A program made the translations under genes and the position numbers. 64,000 nucleotides of DNA from assembly GCA_947623595.1 (NCBI GenBank), contig CANQHC010000007.1, positions 551 through 64,550 on the forward strand, written 5' to 3'. Shown one piece after another: positions 39,109 through 46,945 of this stretch (positions are counted from its first letter, which is position 1; each line of letters opens with the position of its first letter). Below the pieces are notes generated by a model, which was not told the origin of the DNA, searched no databases, and worked only from the letters and a program-made list of their open reading frames with translations. This DNA is from an uncultured Clostridia bacterium. GTDB taxonomy: Bacteria; Bacillota; Clostridia; TANB77; CAG-508.

Positions 39109-39636
39109 ATGAAAAAGAAATTTTTAATTTCCATACTTTTATTATCTATTATTGCACTTTTTACTATTCCTTATACATTTGCTGCAAATAACAACAATAA
39201 CAATAATAATAACAACAATAATAATGGTATGAATAATACTGTAAACGGAATTCGTAATTTTGTTGGTGGTGCTGAAAATGTAATAGAAAATGCTGGAAAA
39301 GGTGTTGTTGATGGAGTAAGAAGCGGAGTTAATGCAATGGATAACAACAATGGCACAGATCAGAATAATACTAGAACCACTATGGATAATGGTTCAAATG
39401 CCAATTCAAACGCAGGGCAAAACGCAGGACAAATGACAGGTACTAATGGTGGATACACAACAACTAGAACATCTGCTGATGCAGGTATTACTAATATGTT
39501 TGCTAATGTTTCAGATAGTGTATGGACATGGTTAATTATTGCAATTGTAGCTATTGTAATTATTGCTTTAGTAATGTATTATGCAAAACAAAACAATACA
39601 ACAAATTATTATCATGATGATGATGATGACAAATAA
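39109..39636 (+). CDS. Secreted Asn/Gly-rich low-complexity protein with C-terminal TM anchor
   Basis: AGGAGG at 39093-39098. It has a signal peptide, an N13 tract, the C-terminal TM segment WTWLIIAIVAIVIIALVMYY and a DDDDDK tail. Confidence 0.6.
   Translation: MKKKFLISILLLSIIALFTIPYTFAANNNNNNNNNNNNNGMNNTVNGIRNFVGGAENVIENAGKGVVDGVRSGVNAMDNNNGTDQNNTRTTMDNGSNANSNAGQNAGQMTGTNGGYTTTRTSADAGITNMFANVSDSVWTWLIIAIVAIVIIALVMYYAKQNNTTNYYHDDDDDK
39187..39225 (+). repeat. (AAY)13 trinucleotide tract encoding Asn13
   Basis: aat aac aac aat aac aat aat aat aac aac aat aat aat, in frame. Confidence 0.9.
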
Positions 39637-39647
39637 CTAAAAAAATT

Positions 39648-39687
39648 ATTATAACATGTGTGCTTTTCTTGACACACATGTTATAAT
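39648..39687 (+). terminator. 15-bp perfect hairpin after the Asn-rich gene
   Basis: ATTATAACATGTGTG - 10-nt loop - CACACATGTTATAAT. No clean T-run follows. Confidence 0.45.
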
Positions 39688-39721
39688 ATTAATTAATTAT
39701 TTAATAATGAAAGGGTTACAT

Positions 39722-40174
39722 ATGTCAAGAAAAATAATCGCTACCAATCCTGTAGCAAAACATAATTATACAATTATAGATACTTTAGAAACTGGAATTG
39801 TACTTTCTGGTACTGAAATAAAATCTATACGTAATGGTAAAGTGAATTTAAAAGATAGTTATGCTAATATAAAAAATGGCGAAGCATATATTTATGGTAT
39901 GCATATTAGCCCATATGAGCATGGAAATATTTTTAATAAAGACCCTCTAAGAGATAGAAAACTTTTATTAAATAAACATGAAATTAATAAATTAATTGGT
40001 TTAATAAAGCAAAAAGGTTACTCTCTTGTACCTATTAGCTTATATTTTTCTGGTAATTTTGTAAAACTAGAACTTGGAATTGGAAAAGGGAAAAAATTAT
40101 ATGATAAACGTGAAGACATTGCCAAAAAAGATGCTCAATTACGTATTCAAAAAGAATTTGGAAAACATTTATAA
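39722..40174 (+). CDS. smpB: SsrA-binding protein
   Basis: [48 protein letters not shown]... is a full-length SmpB pattern. The ORF-track start at 39656 lies inside the upstream hairpin. Confidence 0.95.
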   Translation: MSRKIIATNPVAKHNYTIIDTLETGIVLSGTEIKSIRNGKVNLKDSYANIKNGEAYIYGMHISPYEHGNIFNKDPLRDRKLLLNKHEINKLIGLIKQKGYSLVPISLYFSGNFVKLELGIGKGKKLYDKREDIAKKDAQLRIQKEFGKHL

Positions 40175-40182
40175 TTCTATTT

Positions 40183-40213
40183 AAAGAGGGGGTCCTAAAA
40201 TAGGAACCCTCTT
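40183..40213. terminator. Bidirectional terminator between smpB and fba; copy 1 of a repeated hairpin module
   Basis: AAAGAGGGGGTCCTAAAATAGGAACCCTCTT. Related copies lie at 42856-42882 and, inverted, at 44468-44494. Confidence 0.7.
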
Positions 40214-41142
40214 ATGCTTTATTACTAGAACCAAACACATCTCTAATTTTATGTGCTACAGTTTTCTCAATTAATTCTCTTGCTGGTAACATATATTTTC
40301 TAGGATCAAAAGCAGATGGATCTTCAGAAAATACTTTTCTAATAGCTGCTGTCATTGCCAATCGTAAATCAGTATCAACATTTATTTTAGAAACACCTTT
40401 TAAACTTGCTTCATGTAGCATTTCATCAGGTACTCCCTTTGCCCCAGGTATATTTCCACCATATTGATTACACATTTCTACTAATTCAGGAATAACTGTA
40501 GAAGCACCATGTAGTACAATTGGAGTATTAGGTAATTTTTCTTTTACTTTTTGTAATATATCAAATCTTAGTTTTGCCTCTCCTTTAAATTTATAAGCTC
40601 CATGACTAGTACCAATTGCTATTGCCAATGAATCACATCCCGTTCTTTCTACAAACTCCCTTGCTTGCTCAGGATCTGTGTACATTGCATCTGATGCAGA
40701 TACATTAACCTCATCTTCAATTCCAGCAAGTTTTCCAAGCTCTGCTTCTACTACTACTCCCTTACTATGTGCATACTCTACTACTTGTTTTGTTAATGCA
40801 ACATTTTCTTCAAAATCATATTTTGAACCATCTATCATTACTGAAGAGAAGCCATTATCAATACACATTTTACATGTTTCAAAATCTGGTCCATGATCTA
40901 AATGTAATGCAACTGGAATATCATATTCTTGAATTGCTGCCTCGACCATTTTATTTAAGTATCCTATTCTTGCATATTTTATAGCACTAGAAGATGCTTG
41001 CAAAATTACTGGTGAATTTTCTTTTCCTGCTGCATCTACAATACCTTGTATAATTTCCATATTATTAACATTAAAAGCTCCGAATAGCAAAATGTTCTTT
41101 CATTGATTTTTCAAACATTTCTTTCGTTGTTACTAATGGCAT
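40212..41142 (-). pseudogene. fba: Class II fructose-1,6-bisphosphate aldolase, reading frame broken once at C-GGA
   Basis: The 20-codon head MPLVTTKEMFEKSMKEHFAI starts at ATG 41142-41140. After the extra C at 41082, GGA GCT TTT AAT... gives GAFNVNNMEIIQGIVDAA...HLDHG...GTSHGAYKF, a 309-aa aldolase. Confidence 0.85.
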
Positions 41143-41317
41143 AAAAATCACTCCTTCTTTATTTTATGTCATAATTTTATTGCTAATTATTTTAAAAGTC
41201 AATATATCATATTGCTAGATTTTAAGTAGTGTTTTTTTCACAATAATGATTTTTCCTTATAACCTCAATATTATAATTTACAAATTTAATTAAATTTGAC
41301 AAAAAGTTCTTTCTTTG

Positions 41318-41346
41318 TTGACAAAAAGGCTATATGATGTTAAAAT
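41318..41346 (+). promoter_or_regulatory. Sigma-A-type promoter for the MBL gene
   Basis: TTGACA (41318-41323), 17-nt spacer, TAAAAT (41341-41346). Confidence 0.5.
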
Positions 41347-41417
41347 ATATACACCAAACGTAGTTAAGCAATACCAAAATATGACTATATTTGGGAGAAA
41401 CGTTTAGGAGGAATTTT

Positions 41418-42836
41418 ATGGGCTCAAAATGTCGGTTTTATGTTGACATCCAGTCTTTGAGCAGTGGTGTCACCGGATCTTGTCACTTATGCATTGTAAG
41501 ATATCCGGATTGTACTTTTTCGCGGTTTATTGTAGACTGCGGACTGTTTCAAGGCACTGACGAAAAAGGAGATGAAAATTTTACTTTCCCTTTCAATGCT
41601 AATAACATTGATTTTGTTCTAGTAACTCACAACCATGTAGATCACATCGGAAGACTTCCTCTCTTATATAAGAACGGCTATGAAGGTAAAATTTATACCA
41701 CACCGCCTACTTCTATGTTACTTCCTTTGTCACTTTATGACAGTTTTAAAGTTTTAAAGGATACTTGTAAGAGAAGAAATATTCCTACACTTTACAGTGA
41801 TTCAAATGTCGGCCAAGCATTAAAAAATGTTCAACCAATTCCATTTTGTAAGTCAGTTGAATTAACCGAAAATATCAAAGTAACCTTTTTCTACAATGGT
41901 CATCTCATTGGCGCAGCTCTTATATTAGTAGAAATTTCTTATCCTGGCGAGGAAAATATCAATCTTTTGTTCACAGGGGATTATAACAACAAAAATATCT
42001 TTTTTGATGTTCCCCCACTTCCACAAGAAGTACTAGACCTACCCATTAACATTATGCAAGAATGTACCTATGGCTATATGGATTCTGATGAAATTGCTCA
42101 ATCTTTTGAAACTAATATCTTAGAAGCTATAAATAATAATGCTTCAATAGTTGTTCCCGTTTTTTCTCTCGGGCGTTCTCAAGAGATTTTGTACTTTTTG
42201 AAGAACCTGCAAGAAACTGGTAAGCTCAGTACAAGTATTCCCACTTACTTTGATGGTAGGCTTGCTCATAGATATACAGAGCTTTACTTGAAAAAGGATT
42301 TGGGAATAAAAGATGAAATGACTGATTTCCTTCCAAGTGGTTTGCAATTTGTAGATGCTAGCATTCGAGATTCCATTATTGAAGACAATCATTCAAAAAT
42401 TATTTTAACTACTTCTGGAATGGGCTCTTATGGACCAGCACAGCTTTATATCCCAGCTTTTATCAAACGCGAAAACGCATTAATTCACTTTACTGGCTAT
42501 ACTGCTGAAGGAACACTTGGCCATCGTTTGAAGACTGCCGAAATTGGTGATTTTGTTAAAGTTGGTGGACTTATAGCTGAAAAGAAAGCTCGTGTAGAAT
42601 ATACTACTGAATTTTCTGCTCACGCAAAAGCTGATGAACTAATCACATTTTTACAGCAATTTACCAATATAAATCTTGTTCTTTTAAATCATGGTGAAGA
42701 AACTGTTAAAGAAAATTTTGCCAAGCGTGTCATCAAGCAAGTCCCAGCCAAGAATGTTGGAATTGCTAGTAGAGATACCTTTTTCCGCATTTCAGCATAT
42801 CACTTAATTAAAACCATGTCCACAAAATTTCAGTAA
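41418..42836 (+). CDS. Metallo-beta-lactamase fold, beta-CASP-type nuclease; compositionally foreign
   Basis: AGGAGG-N6-ATG at 41418. The HxHxDH motif is VTHNHVDHIGRLP. Length and C-terminal region (FSAHAKADEL, LNHGE) fit beta-CASP. Hand-counted GC is 38-45%, against about 25% for neighbouring genes. Confidence 0.7.
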   Translation: MGSKCRFYVDIQSLSSGVTGSCHLCIVRYPDCTFSRFIVDCGLFQGTDEKGDENFTFPFNANNIDFVLVTHNHVDHIGRLPLLYKNGYEGKIYTTPPTSMLLPLSLYDSFKVLKDTCKRRNIPTLYSDSNVGQALKNVQPIPFCKSVELTENIKVTFFYNGHLIGAALILVEISYPGEENINLLFTGDYNNKNIFFDVPPLPQEVLDLPINIMQECTYGYMDSDEIAQSFETNILEAINNNASIVVPVFSLGRSQEILYFLKNLQETGKLSTSIPTYFDGRLAHRYTELYLKKDLGIKDEMTDFLPSGLQFVDASIRDSIIEDNHSKIILTTSGMGSYGPAQLYIPAFIKRENALIHFTGYTAEGTLGHRLKTAEIGDFVKVGGLIAEKKARVEYTTEFSAHAKADELITFLQQFTNINLVLLNHGEETVKENFAKRVIKQVPAKNVGIASRDTFFRISAYHLIKTMSTKFQ

Positions 42837-42855
42837 GCTTTTAGCTTTCTAAATT

Positions 42856-42942
42856 AAAGAGGTTATCCTAGAATAGGAACCCAAAAGCCAAAATTCTATT
42901 TAAACCCTAATTGAGTTTTATATTCAATTGGGGTTTTATAAT
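42856..42942. repeat. Left arm of inverted repeat (hairpin module plus 53-nt perfect core)
   Basis: 42856-42882 is AAAGAGGTTATCCTAGAATAGGAACCC. The core at 42890-42942 is AAAATTCTATTTAAACCCTAATTGAGTTTTATATTCAATTGGGGTTTTATAAT, which also works as the terminator hairpin for the MBL gene. Confidence 0.85.
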
Positions 42943-42986
42943 TTAGTGCATAACTTGGTCTATATTCATTATTTATAAAAATGCTG

Positions 42987-43014
42987 TTGCAAAAAAATAG
43001 TAAACTGCTATAAT
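42987..43014 (+). promoter_or_regulatory. Sigma-A-type promoter inside the repeat-bracketed segment
   Basis: TTGCAA (42987-42992), 16-nt spacer, TATAAT (43009-43014). Confidence 0.5.
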
Positions 43015-43098
43015 ATAAATGTAAAAATAAAAAAACAAAGGATAATTTGAAATGAGCAAATGTCTTTTACAAAAGACAAAGAAAGGAAGAATTTTATT

Positions 43099-44256
43099 AT
43101 GAAAAATTTTAAAAGAAATGTTGATGGTATTACACTTATTGCGTTAGTTGTAACCATAATCGTGCTTTTAATTTTAGCAGGAATATCGATTAATATGTTA
43201 ATTGGAAAAAATGGAATTATACGAAGCGCTGGACAAGCAAGTGAAACTACAAAAGATGTGTCAGAAGATGAACAATTAAAACTTGCGGTAGCAGATGCTT
43301 TAATTTATGGAACAGGAACACTTACAACAGATAATGTAAGACAAGGTTTAATAAGTGAATTTGGAGAAAATAAAGTAACAGATACTACTTTCACAGGAAC
43401 TGGACCTTGGACATTTAAAGGAGAAAGAAAGACTTATACAATAGAAAAAAATGGAAAGATAACATCAGAAGGTACACCCATATCTCCAACAGAAGAAAAA
43501 TTAGCAAAAAAAGTATTATTAATAAATCCAGATGCATCTACTGATTATGGAAAAAGTCCATATGTAACATATAATAATATATTATGTAGAGTATTTTATA
43601 ATGATACTGATCACGGATTACAAATAATATCAGCAGATAATGAAGGGAATGTAACATTAGGGTCTGATAGTGATTTTAATGAAGCAAAAAATGACTATAA
43701 TGATTTGGTAAATATATTAAATAATAAAGCAAAAGATTATATGTCAGAAGCAGATAAAGCAGATGTAACAGATGAAAATAAAATAGCAATAGATGCAAGA
43801 AGTTTAGGAAGTATAGCAAAATTACAAGGTGGAAAATTTCAAGGTGATTCAGTAACAGAAATGGAATTTGAAAGCAGTTATAATTATTTTACAGGTTATA
43901 ATAGGCAATTTAAAGTTGCAGATAATAATTATGAAGATGATGCACTTGAAACTACTGGCCAATTAAAGAAATTAGGTTTAAATGCAACTTCAAGGACTTG
44001 GCTGGCGTCGCGCGAAACTTCCTCGAGCGAGTACAGCACGTGGTTCATACATCGATCGGTTTTACCTGATAATTCGTACGATTACAGAGGTGGTTACTTC
44101 TTAAGCTTTTTATATAATGGTGTTGGGCCGAAGGGTGGCCCTAAGGATTATAGAAAACCCTCTGCTGGTTTTCGCCCTGTCTTCCTTCTATCATCTGATG
44201 TCAAGATAAAAAGTGGAGATGGAACGAAGAATGCGCCTTATGAACTGGAGATATAA
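43099..44256 (+). CDS. Surface protein with a pilin-like hydrophobic leader and a C-terminal WLASR...GFRPV (DUF1566/Lcl-like) domain
   Basis: The ORF opens at 43060, but the ATG at 43099 has RBS GAAAGGAAG. The leader VDGITLIALVVTIIVLLILAGISINMLIG is nearly identical to that of 11485..12966. The last ~260 nt have aberrant composition. Confidence 0.65.
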   Translation: MKNFKRNVDGITLIALVVTIIVLLILAGISINMLIGKNGIIRSAGQASETTKDVSEDEQLKLAVADALIYGTGTLTTDNVRQGLISEFGENKVTDTTFTGTGPWTFKGERKTYTIEKNGKITSEGTPISPTEEKLAKKVLLINPDASTDYGKSPYVTYNNILCRVFYNDTDHGLQIISADNEGNVTLGSDSDFNEAKNDYNDLVNILNNKAKDYMSEADKADVTDENKIAIDARSLGSIAKLQGGKFQGDSVTEMEFESSYNYFTGYNRQFKVADNNYEDDALETTGQLKKLGLNATSRTWLASRETSSSEYSTWFIHRSVLPDNSYDYRGGYFLSFLYNGVGPKGGPKDYRKPSAGFRPVFLLSSDVKIKSGDGTKNAPYELEI

Positions 44257-44265
44257 TATATTATA

Positions 44266-44355
44266 TTATGCTATTGAATTTCTCATATTAAACAAATTTG
44301 AACGTGAATAACCTTTTCCCATTTTCTTTGTAAGTCTTTTAGATAGTTCTATTTT
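44266..44355 (-). pseudogene. 29-codon fragment of a DUF1016/YhcG-type (PDDEXK) gene
   Basis: KIELSKRLTKENGKGYSRSNLFNMRNSIA* resembles the conserved GKGFSRSNLxxMRxFY segment. It is truncated on both sides. Confidence 0.4.
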
Positions 44356-44362
44356 TTACCTC

Positions 44363-44494
44363 ATTATAAAACCCCAATTGAATATAAAACTCAATTAGGG
44401 TTTAAATAGAATTTTTGTGTCTACTTTTTGTTGACAAGTCCAATTTTTTACTGGAATTTTTGCATTCGGGTTCCTATTCTAGGACACCCTCTTT
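44363..44494. repeat. Right arm of inverted repeat (53-nt perfect core, 52-nt extra spacer, hairpin module)
   Basis: 44363-44415 is the exact reverse complement of 42890-42942. 44468-44494 is the reverse complement of AAAGAGGGTGTCCTAGAATAGGAACCC. Confidence 0.85.
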
Positions 44495-44518
44495 TTTTCT
44501 TAAAAAATCTATACTTTT

Positions 44519-44689
44519 TTAGTCTCTTGTTTCATATTTGTAACTACTACACATAGATTCATCTGGTTCTTTTGTTTCACATCCAATAATAGGTGTTACA
44601 ACAATTTGATCTAATTTGCATTCTTGATATTGATTATTATTATGTTTGCAACTAGTTACAGTACAATTAATTTTTTGATTCTTTTCCAT
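44519..44689 (-). CDS. DUF1540-like small Cys-rich protein
   Basis: MEKNQKINCTVTSCKHNNNQYQECKLDQIVV... AGGAGG precedes the ATG at 44689. Confidence 0.55.
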   Translation of the reverse strand: MEKNQKINCTVTSCKHNNNQYQECKLDQIVVTPIIGCETKEPDESMCSSYKYETRD

Positions 44690-44806
44690 AAAAAAGCCTC
44701 CTTTAAACATTTTCCAATATTATTATGTCTATTTTTTTCTATTTTATTATTTTTTAAATATAATATTTAGGCTTTTAATATGAAAAAATTTTTTTATAAT
44801 AACTCT

Positions 44807-45265
44807 TTAATTATTACTATTCTCATTTTTGGCATAATATATAAATCCTGTAATTTCAGCTTTATCAACATATTTATCATAAATATGTTCCCCTTCTTTT
44901 TCAATATAGCTTTCATCTTCTATTTCAATTAAACATTTATCAAGTTGGTTCCATAAAGTAATTTTTATGTTTTTTTCTATAATATCAGAATATCCTGCAA
45001 TACTAATCCAGCTATTTTCTTCTTTTGCGAAATTACACTCATTTATATTATAATTTGATTTTAAAAGCTCATTTGTTTTGTCAATTCCAGCCGATTCTAG
45101 TATAAATCCAACTAATACTTCATATATTTTTCCATCATTTTTAGTAAAGTCGTTTTTTATAAACGCATCTAAAATACAAATTAATTCTTCCCATCCAATA
45201 GGAAATGTTAATTCATAATAAATTTTAGTAATATTCTCTTCCTTTTCTATATTTTTTAATTGCAT
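44807..45265 (-). CDS. Hypothetical protein (152 aa)
   Basis: Intact ORF with an RBS. I recognise no motif. Confidence 0.45.
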   Translation of the reverse strand: MQLKNIEKEENITKIYYELTFPIGWEELICILDAFIKNDFTKNDGKIYEVLVGFILESAGIDKTNELLKSNYNINECNFAKEENSWISIAGYSDIIEKNIKITLWNQLDKCLIEIEDESYIEKEGEHIYDKYVDKAEITGFIYYAKNENSNN

Positions 45266-45384
45266 AAAAAAACTCCTCTCATTAATAATAATTTATCATA
45301 AATATGTTATTTTAACAATATATTTATAATAAAAAATAAGCTGATATTGTATCAACTTATTTTTACAATTTTCTATATTTTGTT

Positions 45385-45708
45385 TTATATAAAGTAATTA
45401 AAAATCAATAATAATATTGCTCCTACAATAAGTAAAGTTCCTATTATTATAGCCTTAGATGATTTCTGTAACTTTTTATTTACTAATGCCACAATTCCTA
45501 AAATAAACAATACAATTACAATTGCTATACTACTTCCTTTTTTAACTTTGTCCATTGTAGTAGTAGTATCTGGTGGTGGTCCATACAATGCAGATTCTAT
45601 AACAGTACTACTTATCGTGTTTGTATTATTATATACATTTTCTGGTGGTGGCCCATATAATGCAGTCTCCTCAATTATATCTGCTACCTTTATATTACTT
45701 TCTTTCAT
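45385..45708 (-). CDS. Small membrane protein with duplicated ALYGPPP motif
   Basis: ETALYGPPPENV...ESALYGPPPDTT followed by two TM helices. Confidence 0.5.
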   Translation of the reverse strand: MKESNIKVADIIEETALYGPPPENVYNNTNTISSTVIESALYGPPPDTTTTMDKVKKGSSIAIVIVLFILGIVALVNKKLQKSSKAIIIGTLLIVGAILLLIFNYFI

Positions 45709-45788
45709 TTTTTTCTCCTTTCATTCTAAAATTTTATTTAAGCATATTTTATTTCTATCTACATATCTTATAAAAGTAAATCTTTATT

Positions 45789-46763
45789 CTAGTTTTGCAT
45801 AAATATTTGTTGACCCTTAATCAAATTATAGTTAATTAATTCACTTGTGTCTAAATTTTCTTTATGCATATCAATTCCACTAATTTGACTGTTTTCATAA
45901 GTAGTATAATAATATATTCCTTTATCCATATTACAACAAGAACTATAAATAGTTATTTCATATTTTTCTTCTCCCATATGAACACAGCCTCTTTGTTGAT
46001 ATACAGATTCTAGTATGTGGAAGAATTGACTTATGCTTTCTGATTCTGAATCTCCGGATTTTGAATTTAATTTAGTAAATGTTGCTTTTACAAACCTTGA
46101 AGCAGATGATAGGTCCCCTGGTAGTCCTATTGCACCCATTCCACGACTATATGTTTCTAGATTCAATTTTTTTGAAAAATTATTTATTGGTTGTTCTGTT
46201 GATAAACTCATATAATTATTTAAATTAAATAATTGAATGTCAAAAGTTGGATTATTAGTAAGAACTCCAACCTGGTTATCATATATCTTTAGTCCATCTT
46301 TAACGCTTTCAACTGTTATCGACCTTTCTTTATCTGCAATTATCCAATGTAATGGTGATGCTGGTAATTCATCGCTAAAATTAATTTTTGCAATATTTAT
46401 ATTTTCTAATAATTTTTTTGTTTCTTCAATAGTTGAACATTGTGATAAAATATATGGTATAAATTCAAAAGGTGCTATATTGCTTTTTTCAGCTTCTATA
46501 TTTTTGTAATCTGCATTTACTGGAAAATTTAATCCAGCCATTCCCAGTCCTTTTTCATTTATTGCATCATAATAAAGTGGATAATTATTTGCAACATATG
46601 CCATTCCTATAATTGCATAATGATTATTTATACTTTCTACTTGTCTAAATTTTAATTCATAATTTCTAGGAGTTATAGTAATTGTCTCTTTGTATGAATA
46701 TTCTAAATCTAAATTTCTTCCAAAGTAATGATTATTTGTAAAATAAGTTATTGCTGTACACAT
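45789..46763 (-). CDS. Choloylglycine hydrolase family Ntn-hydrolase (bile salt hydrolase / penicillin V acylase type)
   Basis: MCTAITY has the N-terminal nucleophile Cys2. The protein is 324 aa, and NLDLEYSY and GLPGDLSSASRF are typical of the family. Confidence 0.85.
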   Translation of the reverse strand: MCTAITYFTNNHYFGRNLDLEYSYKETITITPRNYELKFRQVESINNHYAIIGMAYVANNYPLYYDAINEKGLGMAGLNFPVNADYKNIEAEKSNIAPFEFIPYILSQCSTIEETKKLLENINIAKINFSDELPASPLHWIIADKERSITVESVKDGLKIYDNQVGVLTNNPTFDIQLFNLNNYMSLSTEQPINNFSKKLNLETYSRGMGAIGLPGDLSSASRFVKATFTKLNSKSGDSESESISQFFHILESVYQQRGCVHMGEEKYEITIYSSCCNMDKGIYYYTTYENSQISGIDMHKENLDTSELINYNLIKGQQIFMQN

Positions 46764-46905
46764 ACTTTAAATTCCTCCTTAAAATATTTTTTTATGATAA
46801 CATTATATACTTTTATTTTTATTTTTTAAAGAACTTTTATTTTTTTACAAATAATTTTACTAGTATTGCTACTCTAGACAATTTTATATTTGTAATACTA
46901 ACTTC

Positions 46906-46941
46906 AAAACAACCTCAAAAAAGTTTTTTGAGGTTGTTTTT
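46906..46941 (-). terminator. Terminator after the peroxiredoxin gene
   Basis: AAAACAACCTCAAAAAA/TTTTTTGAGGTTGTTTT stem. Confidence 0.7.
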
Positions 46942-46945
46942 ATAA

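Noticed and set aside
39663-39690. TTGACA and TATAAT hexamers upstream of smpB that look like a promoter.
   Set aside because: They are only 7 nt apart. They form the 3' arm of a 15-bp perfect hairpin, so this is a terminator or structural element and not a functional -35/-10 pair.
40175-40211. Expected a tmRNA (ssrA) gene directly downstream of smpB.
   Set aside because: Only 37 nt, a single terminator hairpin, separate smpB from fba. I saw no tRNA-like acceptor/T-arm sequence ending in CCA and no tag reading frame anywhere in the window.
41391-41417. ORF-track start (TTG at 41391) for the MBL gene.
   Set aside because: The ATG at 41418 is preceded by AGGAGG at ideal spacing, and the upstream extension overlaps that RBS. 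The shorter CDS is more plausible.
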